From: Cyanophyceae cyanobacterium
GTDB taxonomy: Bacteria; Cyanobacteriota; Cyanobacteriia; Cyanobacteriales; Laspinemataceae
Direction of reading: 5' to 3'
Length of the DNA: 64,000 bases
Assembly (NCBI GenBank): GCA_038321985.1
Contig: JBBQFN010000010.1
Span: 93,040 to 157,039, forward strand
Shown: piece by piece, positions 50,209 through 59,911 of the stretch
Layout of the letters: each line of letters begins with the position of its first letter
Position numbering within the stretch: the first letter of the stretch is position 1
Position numbers and translations under genes: made by a program
The notes under the pieces: generated by a model
What the model was told of the DNA's origin: nothing
Databases searched by the model: none
What the model saw: the letters and a program-made list of their open reading frames with translations, nothing else

Positions 50209-51717
50209 ATGCTGAGTCTATTAATCGGGTTACCTCTTTTAGGTGCTGCACTTGTCGGATTTTGGCCGGAAAAAATTTCGGCAACGCAATTGCGAAATAT
50301 TGCTTTAGTAGTCGCTTTGGGGATTTTGGTTTGGACTGTTGCGATCGGCACTCAGTTTGATTTATCCTCCCCAAACGTACAATTTCAAGAATATTTACCT
50401 TGGATTCCCCAGTTAGGACTCAGCTATAACTTAGGCATTGATGGGTTATCTTTTCCTCTGCTTGCCTTAAGTGCGTTTCTCAATTGCATCGCTATTTTTG
50501 GTCGAGGGGAAATCGTGGACCGCCCTCGACTTTACTATCCGATGATTTTCCTGGTGAATGCGGGAATTGCCGGGGCATTTGTGGCACAGAATTTACTATT
50601 ATTTGTGCTTTTTTACGAGTTAGAGCTAATTCCCCTTTACCTATTAATTGGAATTTGGGGCGGTCAAAAGCGCGGATATGCCGCGATGAAATTCCTGATT
50701 TATACCGCAGTTTCAGGGATTTTGATATTAGCTGCATTTTTAGGAATGGCTTGGTTAAGCGGTTCCGGTAGCTTTGATATGGGGTCAATTTCTACCCAAA
50801 ATTTATCCTTAACTACTCAACTAATTTTACTGTCAATTTTAGTGGTAGGATTTGGGATTAAAATTCCTCTGGTTCCCTTGCATACTTGGTTGCCCGATGC
50901 CTATGTGGAAGCCTCTCCCCCGATTGCCATTCTCCTAGGTGGCATCCTAGCTAAATTAGGCGCTTATGGGTTAATCCGATTTGGGTTACAACTGTTCCCG
51001 GAAACCTGGGCAATCATTGCTCCTGTATTGGCGATTATTGGGGTAGTCAGCGTCATGTACGGTGCCTTTAGTGCGATCGCCCAAAAAGACATCAAACGCA
51101 TGGTTGCCTATAGTTCTATTGGACACATGGGGTATATTTTAGTCGCCGCCGCCGCAGGAACTCCCCTCAGCTTACTCGGTGCGGTTGCCCAAATGGTCAG
51201 TCATGGATTAATCCTAGCCATTCTCTTTTATATCGTTGGCATCATTGAGAACAAAGTAGGGACTCGGGAACTTGACGATTTGAATGGATTAATGAATCCC
51301 ATTCGCGGATTACCCCTCACCAGCGCCCTACTGATTTTAGGTGGCATGGCGAGTGCCGGAATTCCAGGATTGGTAGGATTTATTTCAGAATTTATGGTAT
51401 TTCAAGGCAGTTTTTCTATCTTCCCCGTACCCACCCTTTTGTGTATCATTGCCTCGGGTTTAACTGCGGTTTATTTTGTAATTTTAATCAATCGCACCTG
51501 TTTTGGAAAGATTGATAATCAGTTGGGATACTATCCTAAAGTATTGGTTGTCGAACGAGTTCCGGCACTGGTATTAGCTGCCGTTATTTTTATATTAGGC
51601 ATTCAACCGGGGTGGTTAGTGCGGTGGAGTGAACCGACTACAACAGCAATGGTAGCCAGTATTCAACCCCATACGACCGAGCAAATTGCTCAAGACTTGA
51701 ACAATTTCGCACCCTAA
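50209..51717 (+). CDS. ndhD3: NDH-1 subunit D3
   Basis: FYELELIP, IKIPLVPLHTWLPDAY, LAKLGAYG, DIKRMVAYSSIGHMGY, NPIRGLP. Confidence 0.9.
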   Translation: MLSLLIGLPLLGAALVGFWPEKISATQLRNIALVVALGILVWTVAIGTQFDLSSPNVQFQEYLPWIPQLGLSYNLGIDGLSFPLLALSAFLNCIAIFGRGEIVDRPRLYYPMIFLVNAGIAGAFVAQNLLLFVLFYELELIPLYLLIGIWGGQKRGYAAMKFLIYTAVSGILILAAFLGMAWLSGSGSFDMGSISTQNLSLTTQLILLSILVVGFGIKIPLVPLHTWLPDAYVEASPPIAILLGGILAKLGAYGLIRFGLQLFPETWAIIAPVLAIIGVVSVMYGAFSAIAQKDIKRMVAYSSIGHMGYILVAAAAGTPLSLLGAVAQMVSHGLILAILFYIVGIIENKVGTRELDDLNGLMNPIRGLPLTSALLILGGMASAGIPGLVGFISEFMVFQGSFSIFPVPTLLCIIASGLTAVYFVILINRTCFGKIDNQLGYYPKVLVVERVPALVLAAVIFILGIQPGWLVRWSEPTTTAMVASIQPHTTEQIAQDLNNFAP

Positions 51718-51864
51718 AATGAATTGGTCAATTCCTTAGGCAGTGAGGGGGAGCATCTGGCTCCCTAGTGGTGTAAAAATGATTTAGAATCGCTATTTTT
51801 CATTGAAAAATCAGCCGTAGTCCTCCGCTTTTGTGATTGTTATCCAGGGAAATATATTCAAACC

Positions 51865-53160
51865 ATGAAAACTGCAACTTCAACCCAACTCCCTCCCTCT
51901 CAACATGAATTTGCTGATATTATTCATCGCTTAGAAGCCGGTGGCGCAATGCTGCCAGATACTCCAGAAAATCTCCAGCAAATTATTGGCATTTATAAAG
52001 CCTATGCTGTCCCCATGGACTTCTACTGGCGAAACTTGCTTTACATCGCCCAAGAGGTATTTTTAGAACCCTTTAACTTTTTTAAATATTTCCTTCCCAA
52101 AGAGTATTTAGACTTGCACAATCACTATGCTGGAGAGGATGCAGACTTGCGGATCTGGCGAGGAGAAGCCACCGCACATCCGGAACTCTTAGCCTTTATA
52201 GAAAAGGGGGAATTAAACCAAAAAATACCTCGGTTATTCCATCATTGGTTCCACGATCGCATTAATATGGAATTTGCCGAAGCCTGTATGCGATCCATGT
52301 TGTGGCATGGTAGAGATATGGGGTGGGGTAAGTTTGATGCCTATCTCGATAGCGACGAGTATAAAGCCAATGCAGACGTTGCCATCAAAGCCTATTTTAA
52401 AGGCAACCCCGTAATGTTGGGACTCTATAAACTATTTCCCGAAATGTTTTTAGAACAAGTACGGCAATTGTCGTATTATAGTAACCTAGGGTTATTCTGG
52501 GAAGTAATGGCCCCTGTGTTTTTTGAAATGTCCGATCGCTATGATGAAGGCAGTCTCACCAGCGTTCCTGAAGCAATGGATTTTCTCGTTAATGGCATCT
52601 TTGCAGTCGCAGGGCGTCCCATTTACCATCACCTCCACATTCGCGGCGAAGTTTACGAAATTATTCCCAAATCTAAAGGCTTTACCTGGTTGTATGAAGC
52701 GGCATTACCCTATGTCGAAGCCGTCTTTTATCGTACCGCGCCTTTCCGAGGGACTAAATCCTATAACGCTCAAGCTAAACAAGTTCCCATGGAACAAAAA
52801 GACTTCCATTATGGGATTTTATATGCGGATGTCTTTCCCGTGGGTACCGCAGGAATTCCCCCCACATTATTAATGCAGGATATGAAACATTTCTTGCCGC
52901 CCTATTTAGTGGACTATTATCGCCAACACTGCCGGGGAGAAGATGATATTTTGATTCAATTAGGGATTACTTTCCAGCGATCGATGTATTGTGTGACTTC
53001 TGCAGTGATTCAAGCGTTACGGAGTGCCTTACTCTATCCTTTAGACGATACGAATGCCAAGCATCTCATGGCAAATCGTCAGTTTTTTGAGGCGCAGTTA
53101 GATCGATTTAAACGTCCCGAAGCTCGGTTACGGGATATTCAGAATCGGGATTATCGATAA
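51865..53160 (+). CDS. cupA: CO2 hydration protein CupA (ChpY)
   Basis: RLEAGGAMLPDTPENL, HDRINMEFAE.C, AGIPPTLLMQDM; 431-aa length fits CupA rather than the shorter CupB. Confidence 0.92.
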   Translation: MKTATSTQLPPSQHEFADIIHRLEAGGAMLPDTPENLQQIIGIYKAYAVPMDFYWRNLLYIAQEVFLEPFNFFKYFLPKEYLDLHNHYAGEDADLRIWRGEATAHPELLAFIEKGELNQKIPRLFHHWFHDRINMEFAEACMRSMLWHGRDMGWGKFDAYLDSDEYKANADVAIKAYFKGNPVMLGLYKLFPEMFLEQVRQLSYYSNLGLFWEVMAPVFFEMSDRYDEGSLTSVPEAMDFLVNGIFAVAGRPIYHHLHIRGEVYEIIPKSKGFTWLYEAALPYVEAVFYRTAPFRGTKSYNAQAKQVPMEQKDFHYGILYADVFPVGTAGIPPTLLMQDMKHFLPPYLVDYYRQHCRGEDDILIQLGITFQRSMYCVTSAVIQALRSALLYPLDDTNAKHLMANRQFFEAQLDRFKRPEARLRDIQNRDYR

Positions 53161-53163
53161 GGT

Positions 53164-53247
53164 TATATAGCAAGTGTAAATGAATGGGGTTACCCGAATG
53201 ATTTATACTGGCTATATAGCTATAGGGTGCGTCACATGACGCACCTT
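53164..53247. repeat. TA-bounded 55-bp inverted-repeat element plus a REP-like hairpin between convergent cupA and cupS
   Basis: TATATAGCAAGTGTAAAT/ATTTATACTGGCTATATA (16/18) at 53164-53218; AGGGTGCGTCA-CA-TGACGCACCTT at 53224-53247. Confidence 0.7.
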
Positions 53248-53252
53248 GAATT

Positions 53253-53654
53253 TTACCCCATTAAAATCACGGTATCAATAACGTGAATGACCCCGTTATC
53301 TGCTTCTATGTCAGCAGCAACAACCGTGGCATTTTTAACTTCAAATCCACTAGAACAATCAATAGAAATGGGAGACCCTTCCACGGAAATAACGGACCCC
53401 AATTTTGCTAAATCTGCTTGCATCAATTTACCCGAAACCACATGATACGTTAAAATTCGAGCAAGTTGGGGAATATTTTGTAACAGAGTTTGAATGGTTC
53501 CCGGGGGCAATTTGGCAAACGCTGCATCGGTGGGAGCAAAAACGGTGAAGGGACCGGGACTTTTTAAAGTTTCCACTAAATTCGCCGCTTGCACCGCAGC
53601 GACTAGGGTTTTAAAGGAGTCATTGCTGACGGCAATATCGACAATATCAGGCAT
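53253..53654 (-). CDS. cupS: Fasciclin (FAS1) domain protein CupS
   Basis: [44 protein letters not shown]; no signal peptide; adjacent to cupA; ATG 53654. Confidence 0.85.
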   Translation of the reverse strand: MPDIVDIAVSNDSFKTLVAAVQAANLVETLKSPGPFTVFAPTDAAFAKLPPGTIQTLLQNIPQLARILTYHVVSGKLMQADLAKLGSVISVEGSPISIDCSSGFEVKNATVVAADIEADNGVIHVIDTVILMG

Positions 53655-53976
53655 GGATTCACCTTGGTTTGGACAACACAATGCTTTAAATTAATTTTAG
53701 GATAAAGAGGGCAATTGTAGAGAAATAATCAAAAAGTTAGGCAGGTGGGAGTTGGAAGCAAAAAAAACCTCTCAGCGGTTACCGAGAGGAATTTAGGAGT
53801 GCAGGAGCTACCGGAAAACAGCGAGGTTTCTTCAATAGCTAAGAAATACTCTAACGAGGGGTTATGGCGTCCACATGACAGCCGGATGGCATTTCAGTGA
53901 CAGTTGGGAAACCGAGGGTGCGATCGCCCTTCAGTGTTCAAAGGAAGGCATTTACACCAAATATGAAGCCCTCGTC

Positions 53977-56016
53977 CTAACTTTCACTCAGGCGATCGCG
54001 CAATAGCTCATGAATAAATCGATACTGCTGCCATCCAACCCGCTGTAAAAATAACCGTTGGCTGACATATTCTAAAAACCGGCTATAATTCCAAGGAATA
54101 TCACCTTTTCGCCAAAATATCAAGTGCACAATTAAATGATTCATCCAAGGAATGCCGGTAATCAATCCGACAATTAAGCCTAAGATAGGGGCAGTTGCTC
54201 CGATGAAAAAGAGAATAGAGAGCAGATACATCAATACACCTCCCGATGGGTTCACTGCCGATAAAATTGCTCCAATCAGTTGGAAACTGAGGAAACCCAG
54301 AAGACAACAAATTATAGAAACAATCGCTGACTGCCACAGGTGGCGAGGGGAGGTTGTTTTCAACTCTATATCCGGCGTTTTTAAAGCAATGATTCCCCCA
54401 CAACTTAAGGCAATAATTGCAAACAATATTCCATAAATTCCCCCCACTTCCCATCCATAAATCAAAGCGAATAACCCAGCATATAAACCGATAAAAAGCA
54501 ACAAAAGAGAGAGGGGATACAGTAATTGATCTCGGGTCGGTTGCAACCGTAAGCCAGGAAGCGATTCCGGTGAAAATATCCGTTGACTGCGATCGCCCAT
54601 TATCCTTGCTAACCCACGCAGCCATACTTTCGTTTGTTCCGCATTGGGTTCTGCTTTTCGAGAATAGACAGGTATCTCCATTTCCCGAGACAGTTGACGA
54701 CGAATATAAGCATTAAACACATACCGCTGACGTTCATCCCGCGTCTTCAACCGTTTCCAAGAATGAATTAAAATTTCCTCATATGCTACTGTCATCAGAT
54801 TTAAAAATAAAGGGGTTTTGGCTAATCCTAATAACGTTTGATCCGTTTGAAGATTTTCCCAGAGTTCGCGGCTACGAGAGGCAAGCAGATATGTCTCAAT
54901 TTGATTCATCTTTAAGGGTTGCAATCCGACTGCTGCATACAACCGCAGCCGAGTTTGCCGAAGTTGGTAGGTATCCATCCGGGTACAGAGTACCAACGGC
55001 ATCGGCTGCCCATTTTGGCGTCTTAATTGAGAAATTTCTTTTAAACAATGTTCTTGCTGATCGCCCTCTAGTTCGTCGAGTCCATCCAATAAAGGTAACA
55101 AGCGCTCATCCGCCAGCAATTCCGCGACCAAATTCCTTTTTACATTATACTTGATACAGACTTCATCCTCCAGCCAAGTGAGAAACGGGCGATAATCAGG
55201 CCAATGTGCTAAATCAAGAACAACCGGCACAGGTTCTAGCTCATTTTGTCCAGCGCGATCGCACAACTCCCCCCCTAACTCTAACAACGTTGTCGTCTTA
55301 CCCGCGCCCGGTGCCCCCAAGATTAAAACAATTCCAGCGATCGCCCCCATTTGCAGAGAACCTGTTTCGAGATCCGCACGCACTCCTAGCGCATTAAGCG
55401 CCTCTACCCCGTCTTTTGGAGGTGCAGCCAACTTTAATCCTTCCAAAATTCTTTGTTCCCGGCGAAGTGTCTGCCTCGGTTGCTTACCAATTTTTACCTC
55501 CACATCCCACAACCGGGGCATATCCTCTGTCAGGGGTTCACGCACCAGATAGCGATGTACTGCATAATGTAACGACTGCTGCTGTCGTGCGATCACTTCG
55601 CTTCTCACCGCTGCCAGTAACTCCGATCGCCCCACGATCACCGAGGTTTGCCAGCGCTGCCAGCGTTGCCATAAAATTAACACCGTCGGCAATCCGGTCC
55701 CTAGCACAAACAAAAGCACCGATGCAGGGCTTAAGTTTCCCCTAAAATTGGGGTCGAGGGACTCACTCACGAGGAGAAAATAGACAGACACCCCCGCAAT
55801 CAGGGGAAATAAGCCAAATAGCCATAATCCCCGTTCCACCCGAGGACCTGGTAACCAACAGGTTAAGGCACATAACAGTCCACATCCTAGGGTCAAAACC
55901 CCCAGCAAAATGCCCAGACTGGGTATCGACGCCGCCGTGATTGCGATCGCCATACAGAAGAAACCATTCACCAATACAGTCAAAATCAAAATGAACGCCG
56001 GACTAATTTTTGGCAT
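53977..56016 (-). CDS. Membrane-flanked NACHT (STAND) NTPase
   Basis: Walker A GAPGAGKTT, Walker B LLDGLDE, TPLFL, YRFIHELLRD; TM blocks at both ends. Confidence 0.9.
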   Translation of the reverse strand: MPKISPAFILILTVLVNGFFCMAIAITAASIPSLGILLGVLTLGCGLLCALTCWLPGPRVERGLWLFGLFPLIAGVSVYFLLVSESLDPNFRGNLSPASVLLFVLGTGLPTVLILWQRWQRWQTSVIVGRSELLAAVRSEVIARQQQSLHYAVHRYLVREPLTEDMPRLWDVEVKIGKQPRQTLRREQRILEGLKLAAPPKDGVEALNALGVRADLETGSLQMGAIAGIVLILGAPGAGKTTTLLELGGELCDRAGQNELEPVPVVLDLAHWPDYRPFLTWLEDEVCIKYNVKRNLVAELLADERLLPLLDGLDELEGDQQEHCLKEISQLRRQNGQPMPLVLCTRMDTYQLRQTRLRLYAAVGLQPLKMNQIETYLLASRSRELWENLQTDQTLLGLAKTPLFLNLMTVAYEEILIHSWKRLKTRDERQRYVFNAYIRRQLSREMEIPVYSRKAEPNAEQTKVWLRGLARIMGDRSQRIFSPESLPGLRLQPTRDQLLYPLSLLLLFIGLYAGLFALIYGWEVGGIYGILFAIIALSCGGIIALKTPDIELKTTSPRHLWQSAIVSIICCLLGFLSFQLIGAILSAVNPSGGVLMYLLSILFFIGATAPILGLIVGLITGIPWMNHLIVHLIFWRKGDIPWNYSRFLEYVSQRLFLQRVGWQQYRFIHELLRDRLSES

Positions 56017-56218
56017 GGTAGATGACTCGCAGCAGGTTATCGATTCTCAATTTACCCTCTTATTGTCAATTAGTCCCCCACTGAGGCGATCGTAATCCTT
56101 AAACTGTCGTAACCTCCCCCTCCGGAGATATTGCTTTTTGTTAAGGAATCGAGATTTCCAGCCAAATCTTGCCAAACTGGTAAATAATCATTACCCTTCA
56201 AAACAACTAAGTTCTACC

Positions 56219-56881
56219 GTGGAATATGATATTTGTTTTAAACCCTCCTTTGCCACCCTTTTTGTTACCCTCAGTCCCGGAGAATCCATCACCTCCGAAC
56301 CGGGTGCAGCCATTTCGATGGATAGCCGAATTGCCATAAAAACCCAATTTTCTGGCGGATTCTTCTCCGGTTTATTAAAAAAATGGTTTGGGGGAGAAAG
56401 TCTATTCATTAACGTCTTTCGCAATCCCACCACTCATCCCCTAGAATTAGTCCTCAGTCAAGCCAGTATAGGCGATATTGCCTGCATCGAACTGACTAAT
56501 TCTAGTATCTGTTTACAACCGGGGGCTTACCTTGCCCATACTCCGGGTATAAAAATCACCGTGGGTTGGGCGGGATTTTCCAGTTGGTTCGCCCGCGAAG
56601 GACTATTTAAGCTCAAATTAACCGGCACAGGTCGGGTATTTTTTGGCGCGTATGGAGGGCTAACTTTCCACCGAATTAACGGAGAATTTATCGTTGACAA
56701 TGGCCATTTAGTCGCTTATGAACCGACGATAAAAATGGGAATTGCCCTCTCGGGTGGCTTATTTAGTTCAGTGTCATCGGGGGAAGGATTTGTCAACCGC
56801 TTAAAAGGGCAAGGAACCATCTACTTACAATCTAGAAGTGTGGAAGGCTTAGTCGGATTTTTAAACCCAAAATTTCGGTAA
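56219..56881 (+). CDS. TIGR00266/AIM24 family protein 1
   Basis: GGESLFIN, EGLF, VDNGHLVAYE, SGEGFV, YLQSRS; probable GTG start 56219 (ORF open from 56138). Confidence 0.88.
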   Translation: MEYDICFKPSFATLFVTLSPGESITSEPGAAISMDSRIAIKTQFSGGFFSGLLKKWFGGESLFINVFRNPTTHPLELVLSQASIGDIACIELTNSSICLQPGAYLAHTPGIKITVGWAGFSSWFAREGLFKLKLTGTGRVFFGAYGGLTFHRINGEFIVDNGHLVAYEPTIKMGIALSGGLFSSVSSGEGFVNRLKGQGTIYLQSRSVEGLVGFLNPKFR

Positions 56882-56906
56882 TTTAAGAGGGAAAGCCTAG
56901 TTAACT

Positions 56907-57602
56907 ATGAACGTCAATATTTTGCATCAACCCGACTGTGCGATCGCCCAGATCACCCTCAAACCAGGTGAAGACATCTTAGCCGAAGCCGGTTCTATGA
57001 TTGCCATGCATGGCAATATGCAAGTCAGTACCACCCTACGCCAAGGCAAAGGTGGCGGCATCTTCGGCGGAGTCAAACGTAACCTAGCGGGTGAATCCTT
57101 ATTTTTAAGCGTCTTTCGTGCCCCCTCCACCGGCGGCGAAATCTTTTTAGCACCTAAAATGTTAGGGGATATTTTCCATCACTCCCTTCGCGAAACCGGC
57201 TTAGTTGTTCAAGCAACCTCTTACCTCGCTTGTAGCTCTCAAATTATCATAGATTTAGGCTTTCAAGGCTTTAAATCCTTGTTTTCCGGAGAAAGTTTCT
57301 TTTGGCTTGATCTGAGTGGTCAGGGTGACCTCCTCCTGAGTTCTTTCGGAGCCATTTATGAAAAATTTGTAGAAGGCGAGTATATCGTAGATACCGGCCA
57401 TATTGTCGCCTTTGAAAAAACCTTAACTTTTGAAATTACCAAACCCCCTGGGAGTACATGGGTCAGTGCATGGTTAAGTGGAGAAGGGTTTGTATGTCGG
57501 TTTAAAGGCAGAGGTCGCCTTTGGTGTCAGACCCACAATCCCCAGGCTTTTGGCAAACTAATCGGTTCTCAATTACTTCCGCGCACTGAAATAAATACAT
57601 AA
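56907..57602 (+). CDS. TIGR00266/AIM24 family protein 2
   Basis: AEAGSM, GESLF, VDTGHIVAFE, SGEGFVCRFKG. Confidence 0.9.
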   Translation: MNVNILHQPDCAIAQITLKPGEDILAEAGSMIAMHGNMQVSTTLRQGKGGGIFGGVKRNLAGESLFLSVFRAPSTGGEIFLAPKMLGDIFHHSLRETGLVVQATSYLACSSQIIIDLGFQGFKSLFSGESFFWLDLSGQGDLLLSSFGAIYEKFVEGEYIVDTGHIVAFEKTLTFEITKPPGSTWVSAWLSGEGFVCRFKGRGRLWCQTHNPQAFGKLIGSQLLPRTEINT

Positions 57603-57715
57603 ATTTTTAGGTTTTAAATTTTAATTAAGTTAATTATTTTCAATATCTAATAAATTTAAAATCTTTAATTAATTAACCCTTATTTAAAATATAACAATGC
57701 CTTTAGGAGATAAAA

Positions 57716-58444
57716 ATGACAACGCGCATTGCCTACGAGATTCAACATTCACCCTCTTATGCCTCCTTGCGCCTCGACCTGCAACCGGACCAAACTGTTT
57801 TAGTTGAATCTGGAGCAATGGCAGCAATGGATACTTGCATTAAAATGAAATCTAAAATTAAAGGAGGGTTGATAAAAGGATTAGGCCGTATGGTGAGTGG
57901 AGAAACTCTTTTTATTAGCGAATATACCGCTGAAAGAAAAGGGGGCCAATTATTTGTTTCCCCTGGGGTTCCCGGAGATATTCAACATTATGTTTTACAG
58001 GGCAATAGCTTATTGATTCAATCCTCTGGATTTGTTGCCTCCAGCCCTACAGTCGTAATTGACACCAAATTCCAAGGATTTAAAGGCTTTTTTAGTGGAG
58101 AATCTTTATTTTTAGTCCGGGCAACTGGAGAAGGGGATTTGTGGTTTAACTCCTATGGTGCCATTGTAGAAATTCCCATCGCCGGTGATTATATTGTAGA
58201 CACCAGTTATATCGTTGCTTTTGAAGATACCCTGGACTATCGCGTTGAAGTTTTAGGGGGATTATCCTTCCGAGGATTAAAAACAGGAATTCTCGGAGGG
58301 GAAGGGTTAGTCTGTCGCTTTCAAGGTACCGGACGTTTGTGGATACAGTCCCGGAGTTTATTTCCGTTCCTAAATTTTTTAAATCCATTTCGCCCGATTC
58401 AAAGTAGTAGTAATGCTAATAATAATTCTAACGATGATGCATAG
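57716..58444 (+). CDS. TIGR00266/AIM24 family protein 3
   Basis: VESGAMAAM, SGESLF, VDTSYIVAFE, GGEGLVCRFQG. Confidence 0.9.
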   Translation: MTTRIAYEIQHSPSYASLRLDLQPDQTVLVESGAMAAMDTCIKMKSKIKGGLIKGLGRMVSGETLFISEYTAERKGGQLFVSPGVPGDIQHYVLQGNSLLIQSSGFVASSPTVVIDTKFQGFKGFFSGESLFLVRATGEGDLWFNSYGAIVEIPIAGDYIVDTSYIVAFEDTLDYRVEVLGGLSFRGLKTGILGGEGLVCRFQGTGRLWIQSRSLFPFLNFLNPFRPIQSSSNANNNSNDDA

Positions 58445-58651
58445 CGTTTTTACCGTAGAGATCGCCCCCTTCGAGTCTCCCCGACGCAATTGAGGATCCG
58501 GAACGACTGAGGCGGCTTGGGGGTTATCATAGTTAAAGGCGATCGGCCAGTTCGCCCCCTCCATCCCTAGGTCCCATCCTTCTCCCCTCATGGTCCTCAC
58601 CTCACGGAAAATCAAGGGGTTCAGGAATCAAAAAAAATTTTTCAAAAGGGC

Positions 58652-58679
58652 TAGACAAATCTAAAAATTATGTTACAGT
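58652..58679 (+). promoter_or_regulatory. Sigma70-type promoter of tRNA-Met
   Basis: TAGACA-N16-TACAGT with TG extension and upstream A/T tracts. Confidence 0.6.
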
Positions 58680-58701
58680 AATAAAGGTGAAAAAACACCA
58701 A

Positions 58702-58775
58702 GGCTCAGTAGCTCAGTAGGTCAGAGCAGGGGACTCATAAGCCCAAGGTCGCAGGTTCAAATCCCGCCTGAGCCA
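58702..58775 (+). tRNA. trnM-CAT: tRNA-Met(CAT), probably elongator
   Basis: GGCTCAGTAGCTCAGTAGGTCAGAGCAGGGGACTCATAAGCCCAAGGTCGCAGGTTCAAATCCCGCCTGAGCCA; paired G1-C72 argues against fMet. Confidence 0.93.
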
Positions 58776-58913
58776 TTTACTCCATAAGCGTTTTAGCCTC
58801 CATCCCATCAGGGTGGGGGTTATTTAACGTCACTCGACACCATAGGGGTTGTAGCGTTAACTTACTCTATGTGACGGGGAAATTTAGTGAAAGATTAGTG
58901 AAGCCGCATAGGG

Positions 58914-59911
58914 ATGAAATCAGATTCAGATTGGCTCAATGAAATAAACTCAGAACTCAAATCACAATTATGTGGGGTTGTTGTCTATATTCGTGGCGAA
59001 CGCCTCTATTTACGAGGGACCTTCCCACCCAAACCAAACAGCAGCAAAACCAAACCTCATCAACAAGACCTAGCTCTCAAGATTTATGCCAACCCAGCCG
59101 GTTTAAAACGAGCCGCCGCTGAAGCCCTGCGTGTTGGGGGACTCCTTGCCTGTAAACAATTCAACTGGGATGAATGGTTGGAGCCAAAACCAACAGCAGA
59201 TTCCATCCCTATAAAAGATTGGTTAGACCGCTTTGAACAAGACTATTTCCAGAAAAGGGCCAGGACCCCCAAGACCCAGACCAGTTTTCGTGACTATCTC
59301 AAAGCCTGGGAATTGTTCTGTGATAAGCGATCTCCTCTGACTAAAGATTCGATATTGGCAGCGGTCTATTCGAGTGAACCCGATTCAAGGTCAAGGAAAC
59401 GTGCCTGTATTGCAATAGGGGCATTGGCTAAATTTGCTGGGATGGAGATTGACCTGAAACCCTATCAAGGAAAATACTCACCCTATACTGCCCTTGAATC
59501 CAAAGATTTACCTAGTGATGAGTTGATTATCCAGTGGCAGGCGCTGATTCCCAATCCTGCATGGCAATGGGCTTACGGCATCATGGCAACTTACGGTATC
59601 CGCAACCATGAACTCTTCTATCTCGATACCAGTCTTTTAGCTGAACCCCCTGGGATTTTGATTGTCCGACCCGGTGGCAAACCCAACAAATTTCGCAAAA
59701 TCTGGCCTTGTAAAAGTGACTGGTGGGAAAAATGGCAACTTTGGGACGTACATCTCCCTGAGTGTAGTGGAAAATCCAATACTGACTTAGGACCACGAGT
59801 GACCCGAGCCTTCCGACGATATCAGATTCCATTCAGCCCTTAAGATTTGAGACATAGTTGGGCTATTCAAACTGCTGTTTATGGATTGGATGCTGCGATC
59901 GCTGCCCGGAT
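58914..59911 (+). pseudogene. Tyrosine recombinase/integrase, inactivated by an in-frame TAA and truncated by IS1
   Basis: RLYLRGTFPPKP N-terminus, catalytic Arg in ATYGIRNHE; after TAA (59841-59843) the frame continues DLRHSWAI...AARM, then stops at the IS end before the GH..Y catalytic region. Confidence 0.88.

Noticed and set aside
58702..58775. tRNA as initiator fMet or Ile2
   Set aside because: Has a G1-C72 pair and lacks the fMet anticodon-stem pattern; resembles cyanobacterial elongator Met from recall. Ile2 is not formally excluded without an isotype model.
59841..59843. Programmed stop-codon readthrough in the integrase
   Set aside because: TAA is a poor readthrough codon, and the catalytic C-terminus is missing anyway.
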